From a virus (taxonomy: Duplodnaviria; Heunggongvirae; Uroviricota; Caudoviricetes): DNA of 34,665 bases. Under the pieces are notes generated by a model. That model made no database searches, was not told where the DNA came from, and saw nothing but the letters and a program-made list of their open reading frames with translations. Shown here piece by piece: positions 25,074-34,308 of this stretch (within the stretch, counting starts at the first letter, position 1; every line of letters begins with the position of its first letter). The DNA is taken from the IMG/VR virus record IMGVR_UViG_2698536302_000011, positions 1 through 34,665 of that record. The stretch is one strand, 5' to 3'. Both the position numbers and the translations under genes were made by a program.

Positions 25074-27032
25074 ATGCAGGCAGGTCACCAGAGTGACGCG
25101 GATATTTATATTTATGACGAGATTGGTTTCTGGGGTGTTACAGCGAAGCAGTTTATCAGTGATCTGAATGCACTGGGCGATATCACCCACATTAATCTCC
25201 ATATTAATTCACCGGGTGGCGATGTCTTTGAAGGCATCGCCATTTTTAATGCACTGAAAACACATGGTGCGTCCATTACCGTTTATGTCGACGGTGTGGC
25301 GGCGTCAATGGCGTCGGTCATTGCGATGGTGGGAAACCCGGTCATTATGCCGGAAAACTCCTTCATGATGATTCATAAACCATTTGGCTTTACGGGCGGT
25401 GATGCGGAGGACATGCGCACCTATGCCGACCTGCTCGATAAAGTTGAGGCGGTTCTCTTACCCGCTTATGCACAGAAAACCGGGAAAACCACCGATGAAA
25501 TTGCTGCCATGCTGGCGGATGAGACCTGGATGTCCGGAGCCGAATGTCTGGCTCATGGATTTGCTGACCAGGTGACGCCAGCGGTTAAGGCAATGGCATG
25601 TATTCAGTCAAAACGTACAGAGGAATTTAAAAAGATGCCGGAATCTATTCGAAACATGATTACTCCGCCACGTAACAGTGCTCCACGCGTACCGGATGAT
25701 GAACCAGCAGCACCCCGGACGCCAGTGCAGGCAGCAGCACCCGTGGTGGATGAAAACAGCATCCGTGCGCAGGTACTGGCAGAGCAAAAAGCGCGTGTAA
25801 ACGGTATTAATGATCTGTTTGCCATGTTTGGCGGGCGTTATCAGGCGCTGCAGGCTCAGTGCCTTGCCGATCCTGAGTGTTCGCTGGAGCAGGCCCGCGA
25901 GAAGCTGTTGAACGAGATGGGGCGAGAGTCCACGCCATCCAATAAAAATACCCCGGCTCATATTTATGCCGGTAACGGTAATTTTGTGGGGGACGGGATC
26001 CGCCAGGCGCTGATGGCGCGTGCCGGATTTGAAAAAACCGAACGTGATAATGTCTACAACGGGATGACCCTGCGTGAATATGCCCGTATGTCACTGACTG
26101 AACGGGGTATTGGGGTTTCCAGTTATAACCCGATGCAGATGGTCGGTGCGGCGTTCACTCACAGTACGTCTGACTTCGGTAATATTCTGCTGGATGTTGC
26201 GAACAAAGCCATTCTGCAGGGCTGGGAAGATGCTCCTGAAACCTATGAACAGTGGACGCGGAAAGGTCAGTTGTCTGATTTTAAAATTGCCCATCGTGTG
26301 GGTATGGGGGGCTTCAGTGCTCTGCGTCAGGTACGTGAAGGGGCGGAATATAAATACGTCACCACCGGAGATAAACAGGCCACTATTGCACTGGCGACCT
26401 ATGGCGAGCTGTTCAGTATCACCCGTCAGGCCATTATCAATGATGATCTGAATATGCTGACCGATGTCCCGATGAAACTGGGCCGTGCGGCGAAATCCAC
26501 TATTGCCGATCTGGTTTATGCCATTCTGACGTCTAACCCGAAAATCTCCACAGATAATGTAAGTCTGTTCGATAAAGCGAAACATGCAAACGTACTGGAG
26601 AGCACTGCAATGGACGTGGCATCGCTGGATAAAGCCCGCCAGTTGATGCGCGTTCAGAAAGAGGGGGAGCGTCATCTGAATATTCGTCCTGCGTTCGTAC
26701 TGGTACCGACGGCGATGGAGTCTGTTGCTAACCAGGTCATTCGCTCCTCAAGTGTCAAGGGGGCTGACATTAACGCCGGTATTATTAACCCGGTGAAAGA
26801 TTTTGCGACCGTTATTGCAGAGCCTCGTCTTGATGATAACAGCCAGACCACCTTCTACCTGGCTGCGTCAAAAGGCTCCGATACAATTGAAGTGGCTTAT
26901 CTCAACGGTGTGGATACGCCATATATTGATCAGATGGAGGGCTTCAGTGTGGATGGCGTGACAACGAAAGTGCGTATTGACGCCGGTGTCGCGCCAGTTG
27001 ATCACCGCGGTCTGGTGAAATGTACGGCGTAA
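25074..27032 (+). CDS. Fused prohead protease (ClpP-like) - scaffold/linker - major capsid protein
   Basis: N-terminal ~200 aa ClpP/S14-like ('IYIYDEIGFWGV...INSPGGDVFEGIAIFNALK...GVAASMASVIAMVG'); Pro/Ala-rich linker; C-terminal ~400 aa capsid-like; single uninterrupted frame of ~652 aa from the ATG at 25074. Confidence 0.7.
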   Translation: MQAGHQSDADIYIYDEIGFWGVTAKQFISDLNALGDITHINLHINSPGGDVFEGIAIFNALKTHGASITVYVDGVAASMASVIAMVGNPVIMPENSFMMIHKPFGFTGGDAEDMRTYADLLDKVEAVLLPAYAQKTGKTTDEIAAMLADETWMSGAECLAHGFADQVTPAVKAMACIQSKRTEEFKKMPESIRNMITPPRNSAPRVPDDEPAAPRTPVQAAAPVVDENSIRAQVLAEQKARVNGINDLFAMFGGRYQALQAQCLADPECSLEQAREKLLNEMGRESTPSNKNTPAHIYAGNGNFVGDGIRQALMARAGFEKTERDNVYNGMTLREYARMSLTERGIGVSSYNPMQMVGAAFTHSTSDFGNILLDVANKAILQGWEDAPETYEQWTRKGQLSDFKIAHRVGMGGFSALRQVREGAEYKYVTTGDKQATIALATYGELFSITRQAIINDDLNMLTDVPMKLGRAAKSTIADLVYAILTSNPKISTDNVSLFDKAKHANVLESTAMDVASLDKARQLMRVQKEGERHLNIRPAFVLVPTAMESVANQVIRSSSVKGADINAGIINPVKDFATVIAEPRLDDNSQTTFYLAASKGSDTIEVAYLNGVDTPYIDQMEGFSVDGVTTKVRIDAGVAPVDHRGLVKCTA

Positions 27033-27055
27033 ACGTCGCAGACAACAACTCTGAT

Positions 27056-27075
27056 GGCCCGTAAGGGCTTTTTTT
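27056..27075 (+). terminator. Rho-independent terminator after the capsid gene
   Basis: GGCCC-GTAA-GGGC hairpin followed by TTTTTTT. Confidence 0.55.
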
Positions 27076-27118
27076 GTACCTGAAATCAGCCCCTGAACGG
27101 GGCTGTGCGGAGACAGTT

Positions 27119-27442
27119 ATGGCAAAGAATTTTGTAGAAGAAGGAAAAACGGTGGCGATTGTTGCCAGTGCAGCCATCAGCAGCGGAGATCTGGTGCAGG
27201 TGGGTGATGTTTTTGCGGTGGCGCTGACCGATATTCCACAGGGTGAAACAGGCGACGGCATGACCGAAGGTGTGTTTATGCTGCCTAAGCTGAAAACGGA
27301 TGACATGAAAACGGGTAAGAAGGTTTATCTGAAGTCCGGAAAAGTTCAGCTGACTAACAGCGGCTCTGATCCGCTGGTCGGGGTTGTCTGGGCAGATGCC
27401 GGAACCAGTGCAGAAGAAGTGCCGGTAAAACTCAATGTCTGA
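27119..27442 (+). CDS. Small head protein (DUF2190-like; possible decoration or head-completion protein)
   Basis: ~107 aa from 'MAKNFVEEGKTV...'; located right after the capsid gene. Confidence 0.4.
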   Translation: MAKNFVEEGKTVAIVASAAISSGDLVQVGDVFAVALTDIPQGETGDGMTEGVFMLPKLKTDDMKTGKKVYLKSGKVQLTNSGSDPLVGVVWADAGTSAEEVPVKLNV

Positions 27443-27710
27443 TCCCTTTTCCCGGCTGGCAGCGCGTATGGATGCGATCACGGTCAGAAAGATGGGAAAG
27501 ACAGCCTCGATTAATGATGTCGATATGACTGTGATCCCGGGAGAAACACTGGCAGAGCTGAATGCTCTGTCCGGACCTGCGGTCTCTCTGGTGGTGTTTT
27601 CTTCGGGATACCGCCCACGGCGCGGGGATCGCGTTGTTTATGACGGACAACAATGGACGGTCACACGGCATGAACGCTTTAACGGTAAGCCAATGATCTT
27701 TATTGAGTAA
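27435..27710 (+). CDS. Head-tail connector protein (FII-position)
   Basis: 91 aa; overlaps the upstream stop; sits between the head genes and the Z-like gene. Confidence 0.4.
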   Translation: MSDPFSRLAARMDAITVRKMGKTASINDVDMTVIPGETLAELNALSGPAVSLVVFSSGYRPRRGDRVVYDGQQWTVTRHERFNGKPMIFIE

Positions 27711-27721
27711 AGAGGTGTGGG

Positions 27722-28300
27722 ATGAAGGGGCTTGAGAACGCCATCCGCAATCTGAACAGCCTTGATACCCGTATGGTGCCACAGGCCAGCGCATGGGCGA
27801 TAAACCGTGTGGCACAGAAAGCGGTCTCGGTTGCCACCCGGCAGGTTGCCGGGAATACCGTTGCGGGAGATAACCAGGTGAAAGGGATCCCCCTGAAACT
27901 GGTACGTCAGCGTGTCCGGGTGTTTAAAGCCAGTCCATCAGGAAAAATGACGGCCAGGATCCGCGTTAACCGGGGCAATCTGCCCGCCATTAAGCTGGGG
28001 ACAGCCCGGGTCAGACAGGCCCGGCGTGGTGGAAAACTGCAGTACCGTGGCAGTGTGCTGAAGGTGGGTAAATATCTTTTCCGGGATGCGTTTATTCAGC
28101 AACTGGCGAATGGTCGCTGGCATGTGATGCGGCGTATTGATGGCAAAAATCGTTACCCCATTGATGTGGTGAAAATCCCGCTTTCCGGACCGCTGACACA
28201 GGCATTTGAAGATGCCCGCGACCGCATCATTGCTGCGGAAATGCCGAAACAGCTGGGGTATGCACTGAAACAACAACTGAGGTTATGGCTGACCCGATGA
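27722..28300 (+). CDS. Z: Tail completion protein (lambda gpZ-like)
   Basis: 192 aa (same length as lambda Z); 'NRGNLPAIKLG', 'NGRWHVMRRIDGKNRYPIDVVKIP'; directly upstream of U. Confidence 0.65.
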   Translation: MKGLENAIRNLNSLDTRMVPQASAWAINRVAQKAVSVATRQVAGNTVAGDNQVKGIPLKLVRQRVRVFKASPSGKMTARIRVNRGNLPAIKLGTARVRQARRGGKLQYRGSVLKVGKYLFRDAFIQQLANGRWHVMRRIDGKNRYPIDVVKIPLSGPLTQAFEDARDRIIAAEMPKQLGYALKQQLRLWLTR

Positions 28301-28698
28301 ACCGACATACACAAATCCGCCAGGCCGTACTGGCACGCCTTCGGGAACAGTGTGGAGGCAGCGCCACGTTTTTTGACGGGCTTCCGGCATTTATTGATGC
28401 GCAGGAACTGCCTGCCGTGGCGGTGTGGCTGAGTGATGCTCAGTACACCGGAAAAATGACGGATGAAGATGACTGGCAGGCTGTTCTGCATATTGCTGTC
28501 TTCATCCGGGCACAGGCACCGGATTCAGAGCTGGATATGTGGATGGAGAGCACCATTTTCCCGGCTCTGAATGATATACCGGCACTTTCCGGACTCATCG
28601 ACACCCTGATCCCTCTCGGTTTTAACTATCAACGTGATAATGAGATGGCCACCTGGGCGATGGCGGAAATCACGTACCAGATCACGTACACGAATTAA
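28297..28698 (+). CDS. U: Tail terminator protein (lambda gpU-like)
   Basis: 'ATFFDGLPAFIDAQELPAVAVWLSDAQYTG...AVLHIAVFIRAQAPDSELDMWMESTIFPALNDIPALSGLI' aligns to lambda U; ATG at 28297 overlaps the Z stop. Confidence 0.85.
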   Translation: MNRHTQIRQAVLARLREQCGGSATFFDGLPAFIDAQELPAVAVWLSDAQYTGKMTDEDDWQAVLHIAVFIRAQAPDSELDMWMESTIFPALNDIPALSGLIDTLIPLGFNYQRDNEMATWAMAEITYQITYTN

Positions 28699-28703
28699 AG
28701 GAG

Positions 28704-29453
28704 GTGGCAATGACCACACCAAATCCACTGGCAAAAACGAAAGGTGCGGGAACGACGTTCTGGATGTACACCGGCAAGGGCGATGCGTTTGCGAACCCTT
28801 TATCGGACACTGACTGGCTGCGTCTTGCGATGGTGAAGGATCTGCAACCTGGCGAAATGACCGCTGATGCAGAAGATGACACTTATCTCGATGATGAAGA
28901 TGCAGACTGGAAAACGACAACCCAGGGGCAGAAATCCGTCGGTGATACTTCGGCGACGCTGGCCTGGCGTCCGGGTGACAGCGGACAGAAAAAACTGGTT
29001 CAGTTGTTCGACTCCGGTGAAGTCTGCGCGTTTCGTATCAAATATCCCAACGGCACTGTTGATGTTTTCCGTGGCTGGCTGAGCTCACTGGGTAAAACCA
29101 TTGCCTCAAAAGACGTGATGACCCGCACAGTGAAAATCAGCGGTGTGGGGCGTCCGTATCTGGCAGAGGAAGGCACTGAAACAGTGAGCGTTACCGGGCT
29201 GACGGTGGCACCGGCATCTGCCAGTGTAAAAGTGGGAGCAACCACCACGCTGACCTTTACAGTAAAACCTGACGGAGCCAGTGACAAAGCGATCAGTGTG
29301 CATTCGTCAGATCCACAGACTGCCACGGTGACCCTGAACGGGCTTGTGGCCACGGTGAAAGGCGTGAAGCAGGGCAGTGTCAGCATTGTGGGCATGACCG
29401 CTGACGGGAATTTTGTGGCTGTGGCTGCGGTGACTGTCAGCGCAGCAGGTTAA
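28704..29453 (+). CDS. V: Major tail protein (lambda gpV-like) with C-terminal Ig-like domain
   Basis: 'KGAGTTFWMYTGKGDAFANPLSDTDW...DDTYLDDEDADW...NGTVDVFRGWLSSLGK' aligns to lambda V; C-terminal Big_2-like region. Confidence 0.9.
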   Translation: MAMTTPNPLAKTKGAGTTFWMYTGKGDAFANPLSDTDWLRLAMVKDLQPGEMTADAEDDTYLDDEDADWKTTTQGQKSVGDTSATLAWRPGDSGQKKLVQLFDSGEVCAFRIKYPNGTVDVFRGWLSSLGKTIASKDVMTRTVKISGVGRPYLAEEGTETVSVTGLTVAPASASVKVGATTTLTFTVKPDGASDKAISVHSSDPQTATVTLNGLVATVKGVKQGSVSIVGMTADGNFVAVAAVTVSAAG

Positions 29454-29472
29454 CAGGACGATACTCATCATT

Positions 29473-29496
29473 TGCCCCGGTTATTCGGGGCTTTTT
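29473..29496 (+). terminator. Rho-independent terminator-like hairpin between V and G
   Basis: GCCCCGG-TTATT-CGGGGC followed by TTTTTT. Confidence 0.5.
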
Positions 29497-29510
29497 TGCA
29501 GGTGGAGAAC

Positions 29511-29900
29511 ATGATGTTTCTGAAACAGGACACGTTTAATTATGAAAAACAGTCCGTGGTGCTCAGTGAGCTGTCCGGGCTGCAGAGAATTGAATATCTG
29601 ACGTTTGTTCAGCAGCGAACGGCAAAGTTTGATGCCGGGGAGGGAGAACTGCCGGAGGCTGAACGACAGATTGCTTTTCTGCGGATGGGGATGGATATCA
29701 ATGCCTGGCTGGTTTCCCGCTCACTGTGGAATGCGGAACAGTCTCAGGATGTTGAGACGCTTTACGCATCCGTTATTACAACATGGTCGTATGATGCCCT
29801 GGGTGCGGGGGCAGAGATGGTTCTGTCGCTGAGCGGTATGGGAGCCATTGAGAATGCCGGGGATTTGGAGCATGAGGTGCTGACGCCGGAAAAGTCCTGA
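29511..29900 (+). CDS. G: Tail assembly chaperone (lambda gpG-like)
   Basis: 'MMFLKQDTFNYEKQSVVLSELSGLQRIEYL' resembles the lambda G N-terminus ('MFLKTESFEHNGVTVTLSELSALQRIEHL'); GGTGGAG RBS. Confidence 0.8.
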   Translation: MMFLKQDTFNYEKQSVVLSELSGLQRIEYLTFVQQRTAKFDAGEGELPEAERQIAFLRMGMDINAWLVSRSLWNAEQSQDVETLYASVITTWSYDALGAGAEMVLSLSGMGAIENAGDLEHEVLTPEKS

Positions 29901-29908
29901 CGCGGGAA

Positions 29909-30238
29909 ATGCAGTTTGTCATGCGGCTTGCCCGGGAGTTCCGGCGGGCAGACTGGCGGCGGATGCTGTCGGAAATGTCGGCCACTGAGCTTGGTGAGTG
30001 GGGTGATTATTTCCAGATGCAGAGCTTCAGTGATGTGTGGATGGATGCGCAGTTTGCCTCGCTGAAGGCATTGATCGTGAGAATGGTGTCCGGCAGCAGT
30101 GATGCTGCGGTGGCTGATTTCAGCCTTTTACCGGAAGAGAACGGGATACCGGAGCGAACGGACGAAGAACTGATGCATCTTGGGGAAGGTATTTCCGGAG
30201 GTGTGCGTTATGGACCAGATAGCCAACCTGGTCATTGA
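29909..30238 (+). CDS. T: gpT-like segment (expected to be expressed as a G-T fusion by -1 programmed frameshift)
   Basis: ORF lies in the -1 frame relative to G and stays open across the G stop; position between G and the tape-measure gene as in lambda. Confidence 0.55.
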   Translation: MQFVMRLAREFRRADWRRMLSEMSATELGEWGDYFQMQSFSDVWMDAQFASLKALIVRMVSGSSDAAVADFSLLPEENGIPERTDEELMHLGEGISGGVRYGPDSQPGH

Positions 30239-33200
30239 TTTGGGGATTGATGCGGCAGAGTTTAAAAATGAAATTCCCCGTATCAAAAACCTTCTGAATG
30301 GTGCAGCCAGCGATGCAGAACGGTCTTCTGCCCGTATGCAGCGTTTTATGGAGCGTCAGACTCAGGCCGCCCGGCAGACAACGCAGGCGGCTTCTTCGGC
30401 TGCAACAGCCGCATCCGTCCATGCGCAGACGGTGGAGAAGAACGCACAGGCTCATGAACGCATGGCCCGCGAGGTGGAGAAAACCCGCCAGCGCATGGAG
30501 GCGCTGAGCCAGAAAATGCGCGAGGAACAGGCGCAGGCCATGGCTCTGGCGGAGGCTCAGGATAAAGCGGCTGCTGCGTTTTATCGTCAGATTGACAGTG
30601 TGAAACAGGCCAGTGCGGGGCTGCAGGAATTACAGCGTATTCAGCAGCAGATCCGACAGGCCAGAAACAGTGGCGGGATTGGTCAGCAGGATTATCTGGC
30701 GCTGATTTCTGAGGTTACTGCGAAAACCCGTGTTCTTACACAGGCTGAGGAAGAGGCTACCCGGCAGAAAGTGGCGTTTATCCGTCAGCTTAAAGAGCAG
30801 GCAACCCGCCAGAATCTTTCTTCTTCTGAGTTGCTTCGTGCTAAGGCTGCCCAACTGGGGGTAAGCAGTGCTGCAGAAGTGTATATCCGCAAAATGGAGC
30901 AGGCAGGAAAAGCCACGCATTCGCTGGGTCTGAAAAGTGCAGCGGCCCGTCAGGAGATAGGCGTTCTGATAGGTGAACTGGCCCGCGGCAATTTAGGGGC
31001 GCTGAGGGGATCCGGGATAACGCTGGCTAACCGTGCCGGGTGGATAGACACACTGATGTCACCGAAAGGCATGATGCTTGGCGGGGTTATTGGCGGTATT
31101 GCCGCGGCTGTCTATGGTCTGGGTAAAGCCTGGTATGACGGTCAGAAGGAGGGGGAAGAATTTAACCGCCAGCTGTCGCTGACGGGGCATTATGCCGGAG
31201 TCACTGCCGGGCAGCTGTGGACGCTCAGTCGTGCTATTTCCGGGAATGGTATCACGCAACATGCTGCAGCCGGTGCGCTGGCTCAGGTGGTGGGGAGTGG
31301 TGCATTTCGTGGAAACGATATCGGTATGGTAGCGAGAGCTGCCGCACAGATGGAGCGATCGGTTGGCCAGTCGGTCAGCGATACCATAAATCAGTTTAAG
31401 CGGCTGAAGGATGATCCTGTAAATGCCGCGAAGGCTCTGGACAATGAGCTGCATTTTCTTACTGCCACTCAGCTTGAGCAGATACGTGTCCTTGGGGATC
31501 AGGGACGGTCCAGTGATGCTGCACGGATAGCCATGTCTGCACTGGCAGAGGAAACCGGTCGGCGTACTGCGGATATTGATAATAACCTCAATGCGCTTGG
31601 CAGTACGCTGAAGTATCTGTCTGATTTGTGGAGTCGTTTCTGGGATGCGGCCATGAATATTGGTCGTGAAGACTCGCTGGATGAACAGATTGCCGCTTTA
31701 CAGGAGAAAGTGTCGCGGGCGAAAAGACTCCCCTGGACGGCATCATCTTCTCAGGTTGAATACGATCAGCAGCGTCTTAACGATCTTCAGGAGAAAAAAC
31801 GCCAGAAGGATTTGCAGGATGCAAAAGAGCAGGCAGAGCGGAATTATCAGGAGCAACAGAAACGACGTAATGCTGAAAATGCTGCACTGAACCGGATGAA
31901 TGAAACGGAAGCAGCACGACATCAGCGTGAAATTGCGCGTATTAATTCCATGCAGTACGCCGATCAGGCTGTCAGGGATGCAGCGATACAACGTGAAAAT
32001 GAACGTTACGAGAAAGCCCTGGCATCCGGTAAGAAAAAAACACGCGAAACCCGTAATGATGAGGCCACCAGGTTATTGCTGCAGTACAGTCAGCAACTGG
32101 CACAGGTGGAAGGACAGATTGCTGCTGCAAGACAGTCAGCAGGCATTGCCACTGAAAAGATGACAGAAGCGCATAAACAGCTTCTGGCTCTGCAGCAGCG
32201 CATCAGCGATCTGGACGGGAAAAAACTGACGGCAGATGAAAAGAGTGTGCTGGCCCGTAAAGATGAACTGATTCAGGCACTGATGCTGCTGGATGTAAAA
32301 CAGCAGGAGCTTCAGAAACAGACGGCACTCAACGATCTGAAGAAAAAAACAATTCAGCTGACCAGTCAACTGGCTGAAGAAGAGCGCGCTCAGCGTCAGC
32401 AACATGACCTGGATATCGCCACGGTGGGTATGGGTGATCAGCAGCGGCAGCGATATCAGGTACAACTGAGTCTTCGCCAGAAATACCAGCAACAGCTGGA
32501 GCAGTTGAGGCGGGATAGTGAGCAGAAAGGGACATATAACACGGATGACTACAGAAAGGCCGAGCAGGCGCTGACGGAGAGCCTGAACCGACAACTGAAT
32601 GAGAATCGCCGTTACTGGCAACAGCTTGAAATTGCTCAGGGTGACTGGAAAAACGGAGTCCTGCGTGCACTCCAGAATGTCACTGAGAATGCGGATAACA
32701 CAGCCGGGACAGTGGAACAGTTGTTCACGTCTGCGTTCAGTAGCATGAGTGACTGGCTGGCGACATTCTGTACTACAGGCAAACTCAATTTCAAATCCTT
32801 CACCTCTTCTGTGCTGTCAGATATGTCCAGAATCATGGCTCAGATAGCTTTAATGAAAGCGGTAAAAGGCATTGCTTCCGCGCTGCCTTTTGATTTTGTA
32901 GCCAATGCTGATGGCGGTGTTTATCAGTCGGCTGATTTGAGTCGCTACAGTGGCACGGTGGTTAACCGTCCGACGTTTTTTGCTTTTGCAAAAGGCGCGG
33001 GTGTGATGGGGGAAGCTGGACCTGAAGCCATTCTGCCACTGCGTCGTGGTGCTGACGGTAAGCTGGGGGTTGTGGCGGATATTGGTGGTTCAGGTATGGC
33101 GATGTTTGCCCCGCAGTACAACATCGAGATCAATAACGATGGCACGAACGGGCAGATAGGTCCGGCTGCCCTGAAGGTGGTTTATGACCTTGGGAAAAAA

Positions 33201-33266
33201 GCGGCAGCGGACTTTATGCAACAGCAGGCCCGTGATGGTGGTCGGTTAAGTGGAGCATATCGGTAA
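30210..33266 (+). CDS. H: Tail tape measure protein (lambda gpH-like)
   Basis: ~1018 aa; long Gln/Ala-rich coiled-coil regions; ATG at 30210 with GGAGG upstream (track ORF starts at TTG 30180); position before M. Confidence 0.85.
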   Translation: MDQIANLVIDLGIDAAEFKNEIPRIKNLLNGAASDAERSSARMQRFMERQTQAARQTTQAASSAATAASVHAQTVEKNAQAHERMAREVEKTRQRMEALSQKMREEQAQAMALAEAQDKAAAAFYRQIDSVKQASAGLQELQRIQQQIRQARNSGGIGQQDYLALISEVTAKTRVLTQAEEEATRQKVAFIRQLKEQATRQNLSSSELLRAKAAQLGVSSAAEVYIRKMEQAGKATHSLGLKSAAARQEIGVLIGELARGNLGALRGSGITLANRAGWIDTLMSPKGMMLGGVIGGIAAAVYGLGKAWYDGQKEGEEFNRQLSLTGHYAGVTAGQLWTLSRAISGNGITQHAAAGALAQVVGSGAFRGNDIGMVARAAAQMERSVGQSVSDTINQFKRLKDDPVNAAKALDNELHFLTATQLEQIRVLGDQGRSSDAARIAMSALAEETGRRTADIDNNLNALGSTLKYLSDLWSRFWDAAMNIGREDSLDEQIAALQEKVSRAKRLPWTASSSQVEYDQQRLNDLQEKKRQKDLQDAKEQAERNYQEQQKRRNAENAALNRMNETEAARHQREIARINSMQYADQAVRDAAIQRENERYEKALASGKKKTRETRNDEATRLLLQYSQQLAQVEGQIAAARQSAGIATEKMTEAHKQLLALQQRISDLDGKKLTADEKSVLARKDELIQALMLLDVKQQELQKQTALNDLKKKTIQLTSQLAEEERAQRQQHDLDIATVGMGDQQRQRYQVQLSLRQKYQQQLEQLRRDSEQKGTYNTDDYRKAEQALTESLNRQLNENRRYWQQLEIAQGDWKNGVLRALQNVTENADNTAGTVEQLFTSAFSSMSDWLATFCTTGKLNFKSFTSSVLSDMSRIMAQIALMKAVKGIASALPFDFVANADGGVYQSADLSRYSGTVVNRPTFFAFAKGAGVMGEAGPEAILPLRRGADGKLGVVADIGGSGMAMFAPQYNIEINNDGTNGQIGPAALKVVYDLGKKAAADFMQQQARDGGRLSGAYR

Positions 33267-33595
33267 TGGAGACGTTTCACTGGAAAGTGCGCCCGGATAT
33301 GAATGTGGTATCAGAGCCGAAAGTGGTGACAGTGAAGCTGGGCGATGGTTATGAACAGCGTCGTGCGGCGGGACTGAATAACCAGTTGTCGACTTACAGC
33401 GTGACGATACGTGTTCGTAAATGTGAACACCCATCTTTGAAAGCCTTTCTGGAACGGCACGGTGGCGTCCGCGCATTTCAGTGGATGCCACCTTATGACT
33501 GGAAGCCGATCACGGTGGTTTGTCGTAAATGGTCGGCAAGCGTGGGGGCGCTGTGGGTAACCATAACGGCAGATTTTGAACAGGTCGTGGCATAG
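33266..33595 (+). CDS. M: Minor tail protein (lambda gpM-like)
   Basis: 109 aa; 'FHWKVRPDM...KLGDGYEQRRAAGLNNQLSTYSVT...FLERHGGVRAFQWMPPYDW' aligns to lambda M. Confidence 0.85.
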   Translation: METFHWKVRPDMNVVSEPKVVTVKLGDGYEQRRAAGLNNQLSTYSVTIRVRKCEHPSLKAFLERHGGVRAFQWMPPYDWKPITVVCRKWSASVGALWVTITADFEQVVA

Positions 33596-33604
33596 GAGGC
33601 TCTG

Positions 33605-34303
33605 ATGCAGGATATTCCACAGGAAACACATCATGAGACGACACGCCTTACTCAGTCAGCCCAGGTGGTGCTCTGGGAAATCGATCTGACAGAGGTCGGT
33701 GGTGAACGTTATTTTTTCTGTAATGAGCAGAACGAAAAAGGTGAGCCGGTCACCTGGCAGGGGCGGCAGTATCAGGCATACCCCATTCAGGGGACGGGAT
33801 TTGAACTGAACGGTAAGGGCAGTGCTGCCCGTCCGACACTGACGGTCTCTAACCTGCACGGCATGGTCACCGGGATGGCGGAAGACCTGCAGAGTCTGGT
33901 CGGCGGAACGGTGGTCAGGCGTAAGGTTTACGCCCGTTTTCTGGATGCGGTGAACTTCGTCAACGGAAACAGCGACGCCGATCCGGAGCAGGAGGTGATC
34001 AGCCGCTGGCGCATCGAGCAGTGTAGCGAACTGAGTGCGGTTAGTGCCTCCTTTGTGCTCTCCACACCGACGGAAACGGATGGTGCTGTTTTTCCGGGGC
34101 GCATCATGCTGGCCAACACCTGCACCTGGACCTATCGCGGTGATGAGTGCGGTTATCACGGTCCGGCTGTCGCTGATGAATATGACCAGCCGACGTCCGA
34201 TATCACGAAGGATAAATGCAGCAAATGCCTGAGTGGTTGTAAGTTTCGCAATAACGTCGGCAACTTTGGCGGCTTCCTTTCCATTAACAAACTTTCGCAG
34301 TAA
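33605..34303 (+). CDS. L: Minor tail protein (lambda gpL-like)
   Basis: 232 aa (same length as lambda L); C-terminal Cys cluster 'CTWTYRGDECGY...CSKCLSGC'. Confidence 0.85.
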   Translation: MQDIPQETHHETTRLTQSAQVVLWEIDLTEVGGERYFFCNEQNEKGEPVTWQGRQYQAYPIQGTGFELNGKGSAARPTLTVSNLHGMVTGMAEDLQSLVGGTVVRRKVYARFLDAVNFVNGNSDADPEQEVISRWRIEQCSELSAVSASFVLSTPTETDGAVFPGRIMLANTCTWTYRGDECGYHGPAVADEYDQPTSDITKDKCSKCLSGCKFRNNVGNFGGFLSINKLSQ

Positions 34304-34308
34304 ATCCC

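Noticed and set aside
25604-26675. Minus-strand ORFs (73-194 aa) overlapping the capsid gene
   Set aside because: Antisense to a strongly supported structural gene; no RBS or recognisable domains.
30630-32836. Multiple minus-strand ORFs inside the tape-measure gene
   Set aside because: Antisense shadow ORFs in a long Gln/Ala/Leu-rich coding region.
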